Source: an uncultured Acidobacteriaceae bacterium
Lineage (GTDB): Bacteria; Acidobacteriota; Terriglobia; Terriglobales; Acidobacteriaceae
Assembly (NCBI GenBank): GCA_963787905.1
Contig: CAWBFL010000107.1
Location: 931 to 64,930, forward strand
Length of the DNA stretch: 64,000 nucleotides
Direction of reading: 5' to 3'
Part shown: piece by piece, positions 1 through 11,155 of the stretch
How the letters are laid out: every line of letters begins with the position of its first letter
Numbering within the stretch: the first letter of the stretch is position 1
Translations under genes and position numbers: made by a program
Notes under the pieces: model-generated
What the model saw: only the letters and a program-made list of their open reading frames with translations
What the model was told of the DNA's origin: nothing
Databases searched by the model: none

Positions 1-819
1 GACAAGGTCAACGCCAAAGCGCCCGATTTGCCCATGTACAAGGCCACGCTGGACCGCAACGCCGAGATGAGGAAAGAGGGCCTGGTCAGCCAGCAGGCCT
101 ACGACGATACCAACAAGGATTACCTCGCCGCACTCACCCGCCGCGACTCCGCCCAAGCCCAGATCGGCGTCGACACCGCCAAACTGAAGCAGGCGAAGGC
201 CCAGGTGCTGCAAAGCCAGGCCAGCCTGAAGCAACTGGAGGAACAGCTCAGCTACACCACCATCGTCGCGCCCATGGACGGCGTCATCCTCTCCCGCGAC
301 GTCGAAATCGGCGACGCGGTCAGCTCCATCCTGGTGCTCGGCTCAACCGCCACGCTGATCATGACCGAGGGCGACATCAACCAGGTTTATGTCCAGGGCA
401 AAGTGGACGAAGCCGACATCGCCCACGTCTACATGAGCCAGCCCGCGCGCATCAAGGTCGAAAGCTTCCGCGACCGCGTCTTCACCGGCAAGGTCACCAA
501 GATCGCCCCGCTGGGCGTGGAGAAGGACAACGTCACCACCTTCGAGGTGCGCGTCTCCATCGACAACCCCGGTGGCGAACTCAAAGCCAACATGACCGCC
601 AACGCCGAGATCCTCCTCGACGAGCACAAACACGTGCTCACCGTGCCCGAAAGCGCCGTCAGCTACGACAATCAGAAGAACGCGACGGTTCAGATTCCCG
701 ACCGCAAGCAGAAGGACGGCTACCGCACCATCCCCGTCAAGGTCGGCCTGTCGAACGGCTCCGTCACTGAGATTGTCAGCGGCCTCACCGAAGGCCAGCA
801 GGTTATCCTGCCGCAATAG
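1..819 (+). CDS. Efflux transporter periplasmic adaptor (HlyD/MacA-like membrane fusion protein), 5'-truncated by window edge
   Basis: Frame open from base 1; coiled-coil hairpin, then TIVAPMDGVI lipoyl half, VDEADI, GKVTKIAP, LKANMTANAEI and VKVGLSNGSVTEIVSGL, typical of MFP adaptors. Confidence 0.9.
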   Translation, partial: DKVNAKAPDLPMYKATLDRNAEMRKEGLVSQQAYDDTNKDYLAALTRRDSAQAQIGVDTAKLKQAKAQVLQSQASLKQLEEQLSYTTIVAPMDGVILSRDVEIGDAVSSILVLGSTATLIMTEGDINQVYVQGKVDEADIAHVYMSQPARIKVESFRDRVFTGKVTKIAPLGVEKDNVTTFEVRVSIDNPGGELKANMTANAEILLDEHKHVLTVPESAVSYDNQKNATVQIPDRKQKDGYRTIPVKVGLSNGSVTEIVSGLTEGQQVILPQ

Positions 820-921
820 TCACGACCGATCCCCTCCGGCTGGTGAGGGATTGCCGGAATTAATCCGGTACCAACCAGTTAATCTCCCCAATCGCCGCCC
901 ATCCGCGCTACTCTTTCCTGC

Positions 922-3900
922 ATGTTGAATCCACGCAGTTTGGCGCGCTCCGCAGCAGCCGCGCTCGCAGTCTTTATCGCCACCGCCTCGGCCCAGCCTG
1001 CCGCCGTCGTCTTCGCAACCGATGCGCCGCAGTTCGGCCCGTACAACGCCACCTTCCTTGCCGACGGCCCCGGCCTGGCCAAGCCCATCCCGAACCCGCG
1101 CGATCCCATACTGCTCGCCGACGCGCCCTGGTCGCTCTTCTGCTGGATCAAAGCCTCCGACCCAATCGACGCCTTTTCGCTCGTCGCCGGGCTCGGCAGC
1201 ACGACCGCCGAATACCCGCGCTACCTTGGCCTCGATTCCGGAAAAATCGTTCTCTGGCTCGGCGAGGACAACCAGCTCACCACCCCCGCCAGCCTCAAGC
1301 CCGGCGAGTGGCATCTTCTCGCCGCTACGTTCGATGGCGCCCGCTTCCATCTCTCCGCCGACGGTCAGCCCGCCTCCTCCGGCACGCTCACCCTCGGCAG
1401 CACCAACCCGCTGCTGCAAATGGCGCCCACCGGCTTCGCCCGCCACTTCGGCGGCCAGATCGCATCCTTCACCCTCCTGCGCCACGCTCTCTCCGACAGC
1501 GAGCTGCATCAGCTTTTCCTCGCCCGCCCGGACTTTTCCCTCGTCCAATTTGAAGAAGCGTCGAAGCCCTGGCCCGTCCAGACTCGTGGCCAGGCTGGAT
1601 ACCGCGCGCCGCAGGACCCGGTGCAGATGCCCGTATCGCGCGCGCCTTTCTCCGCTCCCGTTGCCATCCAGCGCCCGGCCACCGGGCCGTCGCTCACGGC
1701 CTCGTCCGACTCCGAGTGGGCGTTTTCCGACGGCTGGATGATGCGCGAGGCCCCCCAAGTCGATGCCGACGGCGCCCACATCAGCACTGCGGCGTACAAT
1801 CCCTCCGGCTGGATGCGCGCGACTGTGCCCGGCACCGTGCTCACCACCATGGTCGACGACGGCGTCTACCCCGACCCCTACTACGGCCTCAACAACCTCG
1901 CCATCCCCGAGTCGCTCAACCAGCAGGACTACTGGTACCGCAACGAGTTCACCCCACCGGCCGCGGCGCTCGCGCCGGGCTCTCACGCCGAACTCACCTT
2001 CGAGGGCATCAACTACGCCGCCTCCGTCTGGCTTAACGGCAAGCTGCTCGGCGCCATGAAAGGAGCATTCCGCCGCGGCACGTTCGACGTCACCTCCGTG
2101 CTCAAGCCCGGGCAGAAGAACGTCCTCGCCGTCCGCATCTCCCCTCCGCCACATCCCGGCATCCCGCAGGAGCAATCCATCCTCGGCGGGCCCGGCGAGA
2201 ACGGCGGCGCCATGGAGCTCGACGGCCCCACCTTCCTCGCCACCGAGGGCTGGGACTGGATCCCTGCTATCCGCGACCGCGACAGCGGCATCTGGCAACC
2301 GGTTACGCTGCATGTCACCCACGGCCTCAAGCTCGGCGACGCCCAGGTGGTCACGACGTTCCGCAACCACGACACCTCGCAGGCCGCCGTCGACATCACC
2401 ATTCCAGTTACAAATCTCTCCTCCGCGCCCATCAACGCAACCCTCAACGCCTCCATCGAGCAAGTCAGCGTCCGCAAGAACTTAACTCTCCCGCCCGGCG
2501 ACAGCGTCGTCAAACTCACTCCCGCCGAATTCGCCCAGCTCAACCTGCAGCACCCGCGCCTGTGGTGGCCCAACGGCTACGGCAGTCCGGAGCTCTATCA
2601 CCTCAAGCTTTCCCTCGCGGCCGGCGGCTCCGTCTCCGACGCCAAAGACGTCCGCTTCGGCGTCCGCGAGATCAGCTATGAGCTGAGCCTGCTCGACCGC
2701 ACCGGCCATCTGCGCCGCGTCGAATTCACACCCGCGGCCGCGCGTGACGCCTCCAGCCCCATCGTCGACGTCAGCCACGACGGCATGCGCGAGGTTCCGC
2801 TTCCTGACGCCGAGGCAGCGGCCATCCCAGAAGAGCGCCGCGCCGACGCGCGCTCGCACGTTGCCTCGCTCGCGCCCGGAGCCGAAAGTTCGCCCGCGAT
2901 TGAACCCCTGACCGACCTTCGTGCCGCGCCCTACCTCGTGCTTCGCGTCAATGGCGTCCGCATCGCCGCGCGCGGCGGTAACTGGGGCATGGACGACGCC
3001 CGCAAGCGCGTCTCCCGCGAACACCTCGAGCCGTTCTTCCGCCTCAACCGCGATGCCGGCCTGAACATCATCCGCAACTGGGTTGGGCCAGAGCACTGAA
3101 GAAACCTTCTACGAGCTGGCTGACGAATACGGCATGATGGTCTGGAACGACTTCTGGGAATCCACCGAGAACTACAACATCGAAGCCGAAGATCCAGCGC
3201 TCTTCCTCGCCAACGCCGCCGACACCATCCAGCGCTTCCGCAACCATCCCTCCATCGTGGTCTGGTGCGGCCGCAACGAAGGCGTTCCCCAACCAATCAT
3301 CAACCTCGGCCTCGACAACCTCGTCCGTACGCTCGACGGCACCCGCTACTACTCGCCCAGCTCCAACGCAGTCAACCTGCAGGGCAGCGGTCCCTACCGC
3401 TATCAGAATCCCGCCGACTACTTCACCCGCCTCAACCGCGGCTTCTCGGTCGAGACCGGCACGCCCTCCATGTCCACGTTCGAATCGTTCGCAAGCACCA
3501 TTCCCAAGCCCGACCAGTGGCCCATCGACGACGTCTGGGCCTACCACGACTGGCACCAGAGCGGAAACGGCGATGTCGCGCCCTTCATGGCTGAGATTCA
3601 GGCTGAGTTCGGCGCGCCCACCAGCCTGGAAGACTTCGAGCGCAAGGCGCAGATGCTGAACTACGTCGATCACCGCGCCGTCTTCGAAGGCATGAACGCC
3701 AACCTGTGGACGCCCAACAGCGGCCGCCTGCTGTGGATGACTCAGCCCGCCTGGCCCAGCACCATGTGGCAGATCCTCAGCTCCGACTACGACACCCAGG
3801 CCTCCTACTACGGCGTCAAGAAGGCCTGCGAACCGCTGCACGTGCAGCTGAACCTCGCCAACGGCCGCGTCGACATCGTCAACACCACCACCGACGCGCA

Positions 3901-4462
3901 CGCCGGGCTCACCGTCAGCGCCCGCGTCTACTCGCTCGCCAACGTGCTGCTCTCCGAAGCCACGGATCGCAAAGATATCGCCGCCGACGCGACCACCCCG
4001 AGCGTGCGCCTCGACCTTGCACCCTTCCTCGCGCAAGGCATGGTGCTGGTCAAACTCGAACTGCGCGACGCGCAAAGCAATCTGCTCTCGCAGAATCTCT
4101 ATTGGCTCGGCGCGCGGCCGTCCTCCTACCGCGAACTCAACAAGCTCGCGCCTACGACCCTCAGCACCTCCGCCAAAGCGGTAGCCTCCGGAGACATGGT
4201 CAAGGTGACGGTTCAACTCACGAATCCCACGGCCGTTGCCAGCCTGGAAAACAAGCTCACCCTGCTGGGCTCCGACGATCTTGTCAGAATTCTGCCGGTC
4301 TATTACTCGGACAACTACATCTCCCTGCTTCCCGGCGAGTCACGCACCATCGAAGTCGAATATCCTGCCAGAGCTGCGCATGGGCCCGTTCTGTTCACCA
4401 TTCGCGGGTGGAACGCCGCACCCGGCCCGAACAACACCCGCCAGGTTGTCACAGTAAAGTAA
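922..4462 (+). CDS. Secreted glycoside hydrolase family 2 (beta-mannosidase/exo-beta-glucosaminidase-like) with N-terminal LamG-like domain; one frameshift at ~3085
   Basis: Signal peptide; LamG-like WHLLAATFDG; GH2 motifs LTFEGINYAASVWLNG, GWDW, PRLWWPNGYG, RGGNW. ORF 922-3099 ends IIRNWVG and ORF 3083-4462 continues GQSTEE...FYELADEYGMMVWNDF...RNHPSIVVWCGRNE; removing one G in gttgggcca joins them. Confidence 0.88.
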
Positions 4463-4535
4463 GACCGAAAGTTCAACATTTGGCTTTGGCCGACTGTGCC
4501 TGTCGTATCGCAGCGCATCGGCAAGGTTTTGAGGT

Positions 4536-5009
4536 CTACTGCTCTTTTGGCTTCGCGTTCGCCGCGACTGCGGCTTTCAACGCTGCCGCGTCGGCCAGGT
4601 CCTGCAGCCTTCCCGCGGCCTCCTTGTTGCGAATCAAGTGCTCCAGCGAGATGTAGCGGACTGGAATGCCATCCCCGGTCATTCCGGGTACGCTATCTCT
4701 CCACGCTTCTTCAAACGACACAGCGCTGATAGCGAATATGAGGTCGATTTGGCTGGGGGGAAATCCGAACTGGTAACCCGAGTATGGCTCTTGAAAGTCC
4801 TTCGGGGTATAACCGGCGAGCGGAGCTCCGTATGCCGCAAGTGCAGCGAACACGCGCTGGGCATTCTCTTCGGATATCTCTACGAAGATGTCCAGGTCCT
4901 TGGTGACACGGGGTTCCGTGTAGCGGCCAAGGGCATACCCACCGACGACCAGAAACTTAACTTGTTGTTCGTTGAATGCGAGCAAAAGATCGCGCTGGTC
5001 CTTCTCCAT
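4536..5009 (-). CDS. Nucleotidyltransferase (DUF6036/AbiEii-like), putative toxin-antitoxin component
   Basis: FLVVGGYAL...TKDLDIFV (GG/DxD Pol-beta-fold motif), IDLI, C-terminal LIRNKEAAGRLQDLAD. Confidence 0.8.
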   Translation of the reverse strand: MEKDQRDLLLAFNEQQVKFLVVGGYALGRYTEPRVTKDLDIFVEISEENAQRVFAALAAYGAPLAGYTPKDFQEPYSGYQFGFPPSQIDLIFAISAVSFEEAWRDSVPGMTGDGIPVRYISLEHLIRNKEAAGRLQDLADAAALKAAVAANAKPKEQ

Positions 5010-5187
5010 GCGGCACGATACCTTTCATGCGGTACCACTCGCGATAGGCGTCCCGGCTCATCTCCCAGATCTCCTCGAATATCTCGGAGTCGGGACGAGT
5101 GCGCCAGTAGCGGTAGGTTTCCGCCCGCGCTTCTTCGTGGCTGGTGAATTTGCGGAAGCTCTTGTCCATGGAATCGCCTGTATCCAT
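4957..5187 (-). CDS. Small hypothetical protein (70-76 aa) overlapping the nucleotidyltransferase; possible TA partner
   Basis: ORF overlaps NTase start by 53 nt; first ATG overlaps the upstream stop (TAATG); alternative start MDKSF at 5169; helical, charged. Confidence 0.6.
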   Translation of the reverse strand: MDTGDSMDKSFRKFTSHEEARAETYRYWRTRPDSEIFEEIWEMSRDAYREWYRMKGIVPHGEGPARSFARIQRTTS

Positions 5188-5942
5188 TATACCGGGGTCG
5201 GTTCATGTCCTGCCTTTTGCCACAGGAGCAATAGATGCGTCTTTTCTTGGCCCGAACTCTCTGATAACGCCTCGTTGAATGCGACTGCGCATTCAAGTGT
5301 TTTTCTCAAATTGATTACATCTCCGCCTCCCAGCGTGATCGTAGACATTTCGCCATAGATCGTACCGAAACAGGCTTCATGGGTAATATTGCAAAGTTTC
5401 TGTAACGCGCAAAAGAATATCTCGGCCTTGCCCTCGGGGAATTCACCAAGTGGCTTGCCGACCAGAACGGCGCCCATGTCCAAGTGGGCAAGAAGCTTGT
5501 TCCTCGCGAGTTTTATGTCTCGCCTAAAGCACCGTGCAATGGCCTGCAGCGATTTCAATTCCTGCTGTATGTCCCTATGGTCATCAGGCAATGACGTCAG
5601 TCTTTCTAGAATTGCCTTATCACTTGGCCAGCAGATGTTTTGAACGAGGTAATCGACCGTGAAGTTTGTGTCGCCGCGAGTGGTTGGGGGGTCGGTAATT
5701 TTGGCGCATTCTAAGAGCAGGTATTCGTGCAATATCCTGTTTAAATCGACGAAGAACGACCATGCTGTTTTCTTCATAAGAGCCTGACAGGACGGCTGCT
5801 CGTCCTCAAAAAGGACTTTGAAGGTGTGCCGGACACTTACCAGCCAGTGAACATGATCACAAAACCTCTTGACAATCTCCTTTGCTCTTTCGTCGGTGTA
5901 AGAAATGGTTTTCAAGTGGTCACTCGAGGCTTGCCCGTTCAT
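5187..5942 (-). CDS. HEPN-domain protein (AbiU2-like putative RNase)
   Basis: All-helical prediction by eye; ARNKLLAHLD Rx4-6H motif preceded by AKITDP; GC visibly lower than flanks; start set at ATG 5942 because the longer ORF begins inside the gap terminator. Confidence 0.65.
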   Translation of the reverse strand: MNGQASSDHLKTISYTDERAKEIVKRFCDHVHWLVSVRHTFKVLFEDEQPSCQALMKKTAWSFFVDLNRILHEYLLLECAKITDPPTTRGDTNFTVDYLVQNICWPSDKAILERLTSLPDDHRDIQQELKSLQAIARCFRRDIKLARNKLLAHLDMGAVLVGKPLGEFPEGKAEIFFCALQKLCNITHEACFGTIYGEMSTITLGGGDVINLRKTLECAVAFNEALSESSGQEKTHLLLLWQKAGHEPTPV

Positions 5943-5978
5943 TCTATAGAACTTCTGGTGCCGCCGATCCGGCTCAGA

Positions 5979-6014
5979 CAAAAAGAGGGCATCCCTTGCG
6001 GGATGCCCTCTTTG
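5979..6014. terminator. Intrinsic (probably bidirectional) terminator downstream of gap
   Basis: AAAAAGAGGGCATCCC-TTGC-GGGATGCCCTCTTTG perfect stem with A/T tails. Confidence 0.85.
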
Positions 6015-6048
6015 TTATTTCAAGCCGATGCGGTGATGCGTAAGAGTC

Positions 6049-7232
<1,184 letters not shown>

Positions 7233-7267
7233 TGCGCTTTCGCGGCGTCTGCATCCTGCGCCGAACC

Positions 7268-7501
7268 CTAGAAACTGAAGAATTTCTCGCGCAGCGCGTC
7301 TTCATACTGCTGCTTGGCTTCCTTCGCCTGATCGCGTGCCTCTTCTTCCCGGAAGCAGGCAGCCTCCCAGGTGTCGATCTGGGCCTCGGAGTGATTGGTT
7401 GAGGCCAGAGCTTCTTCCTCGCGAATGGCGGCAATCCACGCTTCGACGGCCGCTTTATACGCAGCCTGCATCTGGTCCAGCTCACTGATTTCAACGGCCA
7501 T
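7268..7501 (-). CDS. Small helical hypothetical protein (77 aa)
   Basis: GAGG SD upstream; helical-hairpin-like charged sequence AYKAAVEAWIAAIREEEALAS...YEDALREKFFSF. Confidence 0.75.
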   Translation of the reverse strand: MAVEISELDQMQAAYKAAVEAWIAAIREEEALASTNHSEAQIDTWEAACFREEEARDQAKEAKQQYEDALREKFFSF

Positions 7502-7667
7502 GGCGCACCTCTTTCACTCCCGACGGTACGCAGTGAAGATGAATGGAGGATGTCTGGCCCACGGAAATCGGTTCCCGGAGAAGTAGTCTCCACGGCTTTG
7601 ACCGGCCAGGGTGCCTCCCAAGGTGCAGGAATTTGCGACGGCCCGGCTACTCTGTTACAACCGACCT

Positions 7668-8522
7668 ATGCGCAATATGCGCGATTGGATGCGCGACCTC
7701 ATGAGAAGACGTTCCAGACGTGGTCCGAACGAATCGGAATCCACGGGTAAAAGCGGGCAGGAGCTGCCCTCCAACCAGCCCGCCCCACTAAGACCTTCGT
7801 ATCCCGAACCATTGGCTGAGCGGGAACCCGCAGCCGGCCGGGTGAATGCCCCGGGCCTGCCCGCCGCTCCTGCCCCCGCGGCGAAAGCCAGCGCTCCCGT
7901 TGTCCCCCCTCCCGCACCGGAAAAGAAGATGGTGGTGGAGACCCAGCCAGACTCGCTGGGCACGCCGCCGGCCGAGCAGACCAGCGTCTCGCCGAAAGAG
8001 CCCCGCGGCTATGTGGTTCTGGCCATTGGTCTTCCCGGATCCGGCAAGACCACCTGGTACAAGCGCCGTGGCGTCACCCCGCTCTCCAGCGACCTGCTCC
8101 GCTCGATCCTCTTCGACGACATCACCGAGCAGCGCTACCAAGGCCTGGTCTTCTCCACGCTGCGCAGCCTGCTGCGCGCCCGCCTGATCGCCAAGATGCC
8201 GTGGAACTACGTCGACGCCACCAACCTGAGCCCGCACGAGCGCAAGCAATGGATCAAGATGGCCAAGAGCTTCGGCTACGAGGTCCAGGCCGTCTTCTTC
8301 GACGTTCCCCTCTCGGTCTGCCTGGAGCGCAACTCCAAGCGCGACCGCCAGGTGACTGACGAGGTGATGCACAAGATGGCCGAGCGCCTGCGCCCGCCCT
8401 CCTTCAAGGAAGGCTTCGAGAAGATCACCGTAGTCCGCGTCAAAGGCCAGCCCGGCACCATCCCGGTAACCACCACCGGCGAAGAACCCGTCGGCGAAAC
8501 CGAGCCCGTGGAGACTGAGTAG
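7668..8522 (+). CDS. AAA_33/polynucleotide-kinase-like P-loop protein with Pro/Ala-rich N-terminal region
   Basis: IGLPGSGKTT Walker A, LSSDLLR, VDATN, CLERNSKRDR. Confidence 0.85.
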   Translation: MRNMRDWMRDLMRRRSRRGPNESESTGKSGQELPSNQPAPLRPSYPEPLAEREPAAGRVNAPGLPAAPAPAAKASAPVVPPPAPEKKMVVETQPDSLGTPPAEQTSVSPKEPRGYVVLAIGLPGSGKTTWYKRRGVTPLSSDLLRSILFDDITEQRYQGLVFSTLRSLLRARLIAKMPWNYVDATNLSPHERKQWIKMAKSFGYEVQAVFFDVPLSVCLERNSKRDRQVTDEVMHKMAERLRPPSFKEGFEKITVVRVKGQPGTIPVTTTGEEPVGETEPVETE

Positions 8523-8554
8523 CCCGAACCACCGCATCCTTTCGAGCAGGTGAT

Positions 8555-9313
8555 ATGGCCGAGACCGCCGTTGAATTCGCGGGAGTCAGCTATACCCTGC
8601 CGAACGGGCGCCCCCTCATCCACAACATCTCGCTGCGACTGGAAGCCTGCACGACAACGGCCGTGCTCGGGCGCAGCGGCAGCGGCAAGACCACGCTGCT
8701 GCGCATGGTCAACGCCCTCGCGCTCCCCACCTCTGGTTCCGTGCTGGTCGGCGGCCAATCCACGCTCGGCCGCGACCCCGTCGAACTGCGCCGCGGCATC
8801 GGCTATGTCATTCAGGAGACTGGCCTCTTTCCCCACATGACGGTCGAGCGCAACGCAGGACTTGCGCTCGAACTGGCCAACGTCCCGCGAGCCGAAAGAT
8901 CCCGCCGCGCCGCAGAAGTCCTCGCCCTGGTAGGTTTGAATTCAGCTGGCCTCGACTTCGCTGAGTTCCGCGCCCGCTACCCCTGGCAGCTCTCCGGCGG
9001 CCAGCGCCAGCGCGTCGGCCTCGCCCGCGCCCTCGCCGCCGACCCCGGCGTCCTGCTGATGGACGAGCCCTTCGGCGCGCTCGACCCCCTCACCCGCGCC
9101 GAGATGCAGACCATGCTGCGCGACCTGCTCGCCCGCGTCGGCAAAACCGTCCTCCTCGTCACCCACGATCTCGACGAAGCTCTCTACCTCGCCCAGCGCA
9201 TCGTATTCCTCGACGCCGGGACCATCGTCGCCGACCTCCCCGCAGCCGAAGTCCTTCACTCCCCCAACCCCCACGTGCGCGGCTACGTCAACGCCGTCCA
9301 CCGCTCACCATGA
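8555..9313 (+). CDS. Osmoprotectant ABC transporter ATP-binding protein (OpuA/YehX-like)
   Basis: GRSGSGKTT, LRRGIGYVIQ, LSGGQRQRV, LLMDEPFGALDP, VTHD. Confidence 0.92.
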   Translation: MAETAVEFAGVSYTLPNGRPLIHNISLRLEACTTTAVLGRSGSGKTTLLRMVNALALPTSGSVLVGGQSTLGRDPVELRRGIGYVIQETGLFPHMTVERNAGLALELANVPRAERSRRAAEVLALVGLNSAGLDFAEFRARYPWQLSGGQRQRVGLARALAADPGVLLMDEPFGALDPLTRAEMQTMLRDLLARVGKTVLLVTHDLDEALYLAQRIVFLDAGTIVADLPAAEVLHSPNPHVRGYVNAVHRSP

Positions 9314-9363
9314 TTCGCTCAAGGACACCACTTCCCGGAAGTCGAACGAGTCCGTTTTTTGCG

Positions 9364-9429
9364 TTAAGGGCACGGCTTCAGCCGTGCCGCAAACAGCCTC
9401 CAAATCAGAAGGGCTTCAGCCCCTGAGGT
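9364..9429. repeat. REP-like bipartite palindrome, family A, intergenic copy
   Basis: TTAAGGGCACGGCTTCAGCCGTGCCGCAA...GGGCTTCAGCCCCTGAGGT; first 29 nt identical to 49444-49472 and similar to 50347-50375. Confidence 0.85.
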
Positions 9430-9471
9430 CAACTCCCAACGCTGCCATTGAAGAACGCAGAGTCGCCGCAC

Positions 9472-10101
9472 ATGAATCAATTCCTGCAAACCCACGGCTA
9501 CGAGATCGCCCGCCTCACCTTCGAGCACCTCTGGCTCACGTTATTCGCGATGCTCATCGCAACTGGAATAGCCCTGCCGCTCGGCGTGCTCCTCACCCGC
9601 CACGAGAAACTAGCTAAACCCGTCATCGCCGTCGCCAACATCATCCAGACCATCCCCTCGCTCGCCCTCTTCGGCCTGCTGCTCCCCGTCCCCTGGCTCG
9701 GCGAGAACGCCGCCCGCCTGGCCATCCTCGCCCTCACCGGCTACGCCCTGCTGCCCATCCTGCGCAACACCTACGCCGGCATCCGCAGCGTCGACCCCGC
9801 GCTCGAAGACGTCGCCCGCGCCCTCGGCATGACCTCCTGGCAGCGCCTCACCAAGGTCGAGCTGCCCCTCGCCGCCTCAGTCATCCTCGCCGGCCTGCGG
9901 ACTGCCACCGTAACCTGTGTCGGCGTCGCCACCATCGCCGCAGCCATCGGTGCCGGAGGCCTCGGCGAACTCATCTTCCGCGGCGTCGCCTCCGTCGACA
10001 ACGCCCTCGTCCTCGCCGGCGCCATCCCCGCCGCCCTCCTCGCCCTCGCCGCCGACGCCTCCCTCGGCTTCCTCGAACACAAACTCACCATCCGCCGTTA
10101 G
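9472..10101 (+). CDS. Osmoprotectant ABC transporter permease (OpuBB/ProW-like)
   Basis: QTIPSLALFG, LPILRNTYAGI, ARALGMT (EAA-like), GAGGLGELIFRG. Confidence 0.93.
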   Translation: MNQFLQTHGYEIARLTFEHLWLTLFAMLIATGIALPLGVLLTRHEKLAKPVIAVANIIQTIPSLALFGLLLPVPWLGENAARLAILALTGYALLPILRNTYAGIRSVDPALEDVARALGMTSWQRLTKVELPLAASVILAGLRTATVTCVGVATIAAAIGAGGLGELIFRGVASVDNALVLAGAIPAALLALAADASLGFLEHKLTIRR

Positions 10102-10190
10102 CAAGCTCGATGTGAGACTGACTCTTGAGACACACCCCCCAATTTCAGAGTGTCAGCGAAGCGTCGCAAAACTTACCCTTTGTAAATCAA

Positions 10191-11012
10191 TCAGCCTTGC
10201 CACTCCCCGATACCGTTCCAAGAAACTTCTAGTTCTCGCGCGGCACAATCGCCCAGTTCGCGACGAACAGCCGAGTGAGCTGCTTTCATCATCCGTGGCC
10301 GTCCCGCGCTTAAGAAATTCAAACGCACTCCGATTTCCCTCGTTCTAGGCTGTGTTGGGTCGAGAAAGCGACCTGACATGTACGCCTCAGCTTTCCGACC
10401 GATATTGATCAATTCTTCTACATGTACCTGCAACTCGTACGCCAGACTTTCCTCAATGCGTTGTTTTCGAGCTTGGGCTGCCGAATCGGACTCTTTGACT
10501 CCCTCAACGTTGAGCTTCCACTGACACACTTGCTCCCAGGTAATCAAACCGAATCGAACGAGAGGAGATGGGGAACGCGCATCCGTGAAGGCGATGCCCG
10601 GAGTTTTTCCCTTAAAAGTTGCTGTGAAAACGGAGTGTTCTACGTCGGGAGGCACATCGCATTGAATAAAAACCTGATCCGGCCCAATAACAGTCTGCCA
10701 ATTGTGAAGTGTCCCATACACTGTGCCAATGGTGTTTACCGTGTTTTGCACCAAGTCCTTCTGAATTGCAGTTTTCGACTCGTCCCGCCCTTGGAATGGT
10801 TCAGGTACGTCAAGCCACCAATTCACAGAATTCGTTGGGGCTTTCACGAGGATCTGCTTTTGATCAGAATGGGATAACGTTGCGGACCTCGCCGGGGTGG
10901 GTGCTTTTTCGGCGGCCCTTACCGTGGGGTTCGGCTGCCGTTCGGCAGGAACGGCAATTTCTTCTGTCGGTGCGGTCTTCTTCGTGCCAAACAGCCGATC
11001 AAGAATGCTCAT
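10191..11012 (-). CDS. Hypothetical protein (273 aa), lower GC
   Basis: Long ORF in lower-GC DNA; N-terminus MSILDRLFG, C-terminus ARELEVSWNGIGEWQG; no family I can name. Confidence 0.65.
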   Translation of the reverse strand: MSILDRLFGTKKTAPTEEIAVPAERQPNPTVRAAEKAPTPARSATLSHSDQKQILVKAPTNSVNWWLDVPEPFQGRDESKTAIQKDLVQNTVNTIGTVYGTLHNWQTVIGPDQVFIQCDVPPDVEHSVFTATFKGKTPGIAFTDARSPSPLVRFGLITWEQVCQWKLNVEGVKESDSAAQARKQRIEESLAYELQVHVEELINIGRKAEAYMSGRFLDPTQPRTREIGVRLNFLSAGRPRMMKAAHSAVRRELGDCAARELEVSWNGIGEWQG

Positions 11013-11086
11013 CGTGGTCTCGCCCCATTATCGAAGATTATCTTTAACCCAAATCGTTAAGCGGAGCCGGTGGGCCAGTCGTCGCC

Positions 11087-11136
11087 GGGTGCCCCATTCA
11101 TGACAGCTTCATCGTCATGGGTGGGGTCCGATCTCC
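11087..11136. repeat. REP-like palindrome, family B, copy 1
   Basis: GGGTGCCCCATTCATGACAGCTTCATCGTCATGGGTGGGGTCCGATCTCC; stem CCCCATTCATGAC/GTCATGGGTGGGG; near-identical direct copy at 12754. Confidence 0.8.
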
Positions 11137-11155
11137 CGCTCCGCCGACTCCGTCC

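Noticed and set aside
820-2463. Long antisense or alternative-frame ORFs (e.g. 820-2463, 27794-29386, 35855-37411, 40081-41904)
   Set aside because: Shadow ORFs of well-supported genes in high-GC DNA; no motifs and atypical composition.
3083-3099. Programmed ribosomal frameshift in GH2
   Set aside because: No slippery heptamer or stimulatory structure; a single extra G in a short G-run fits the window-wide indel pattern.
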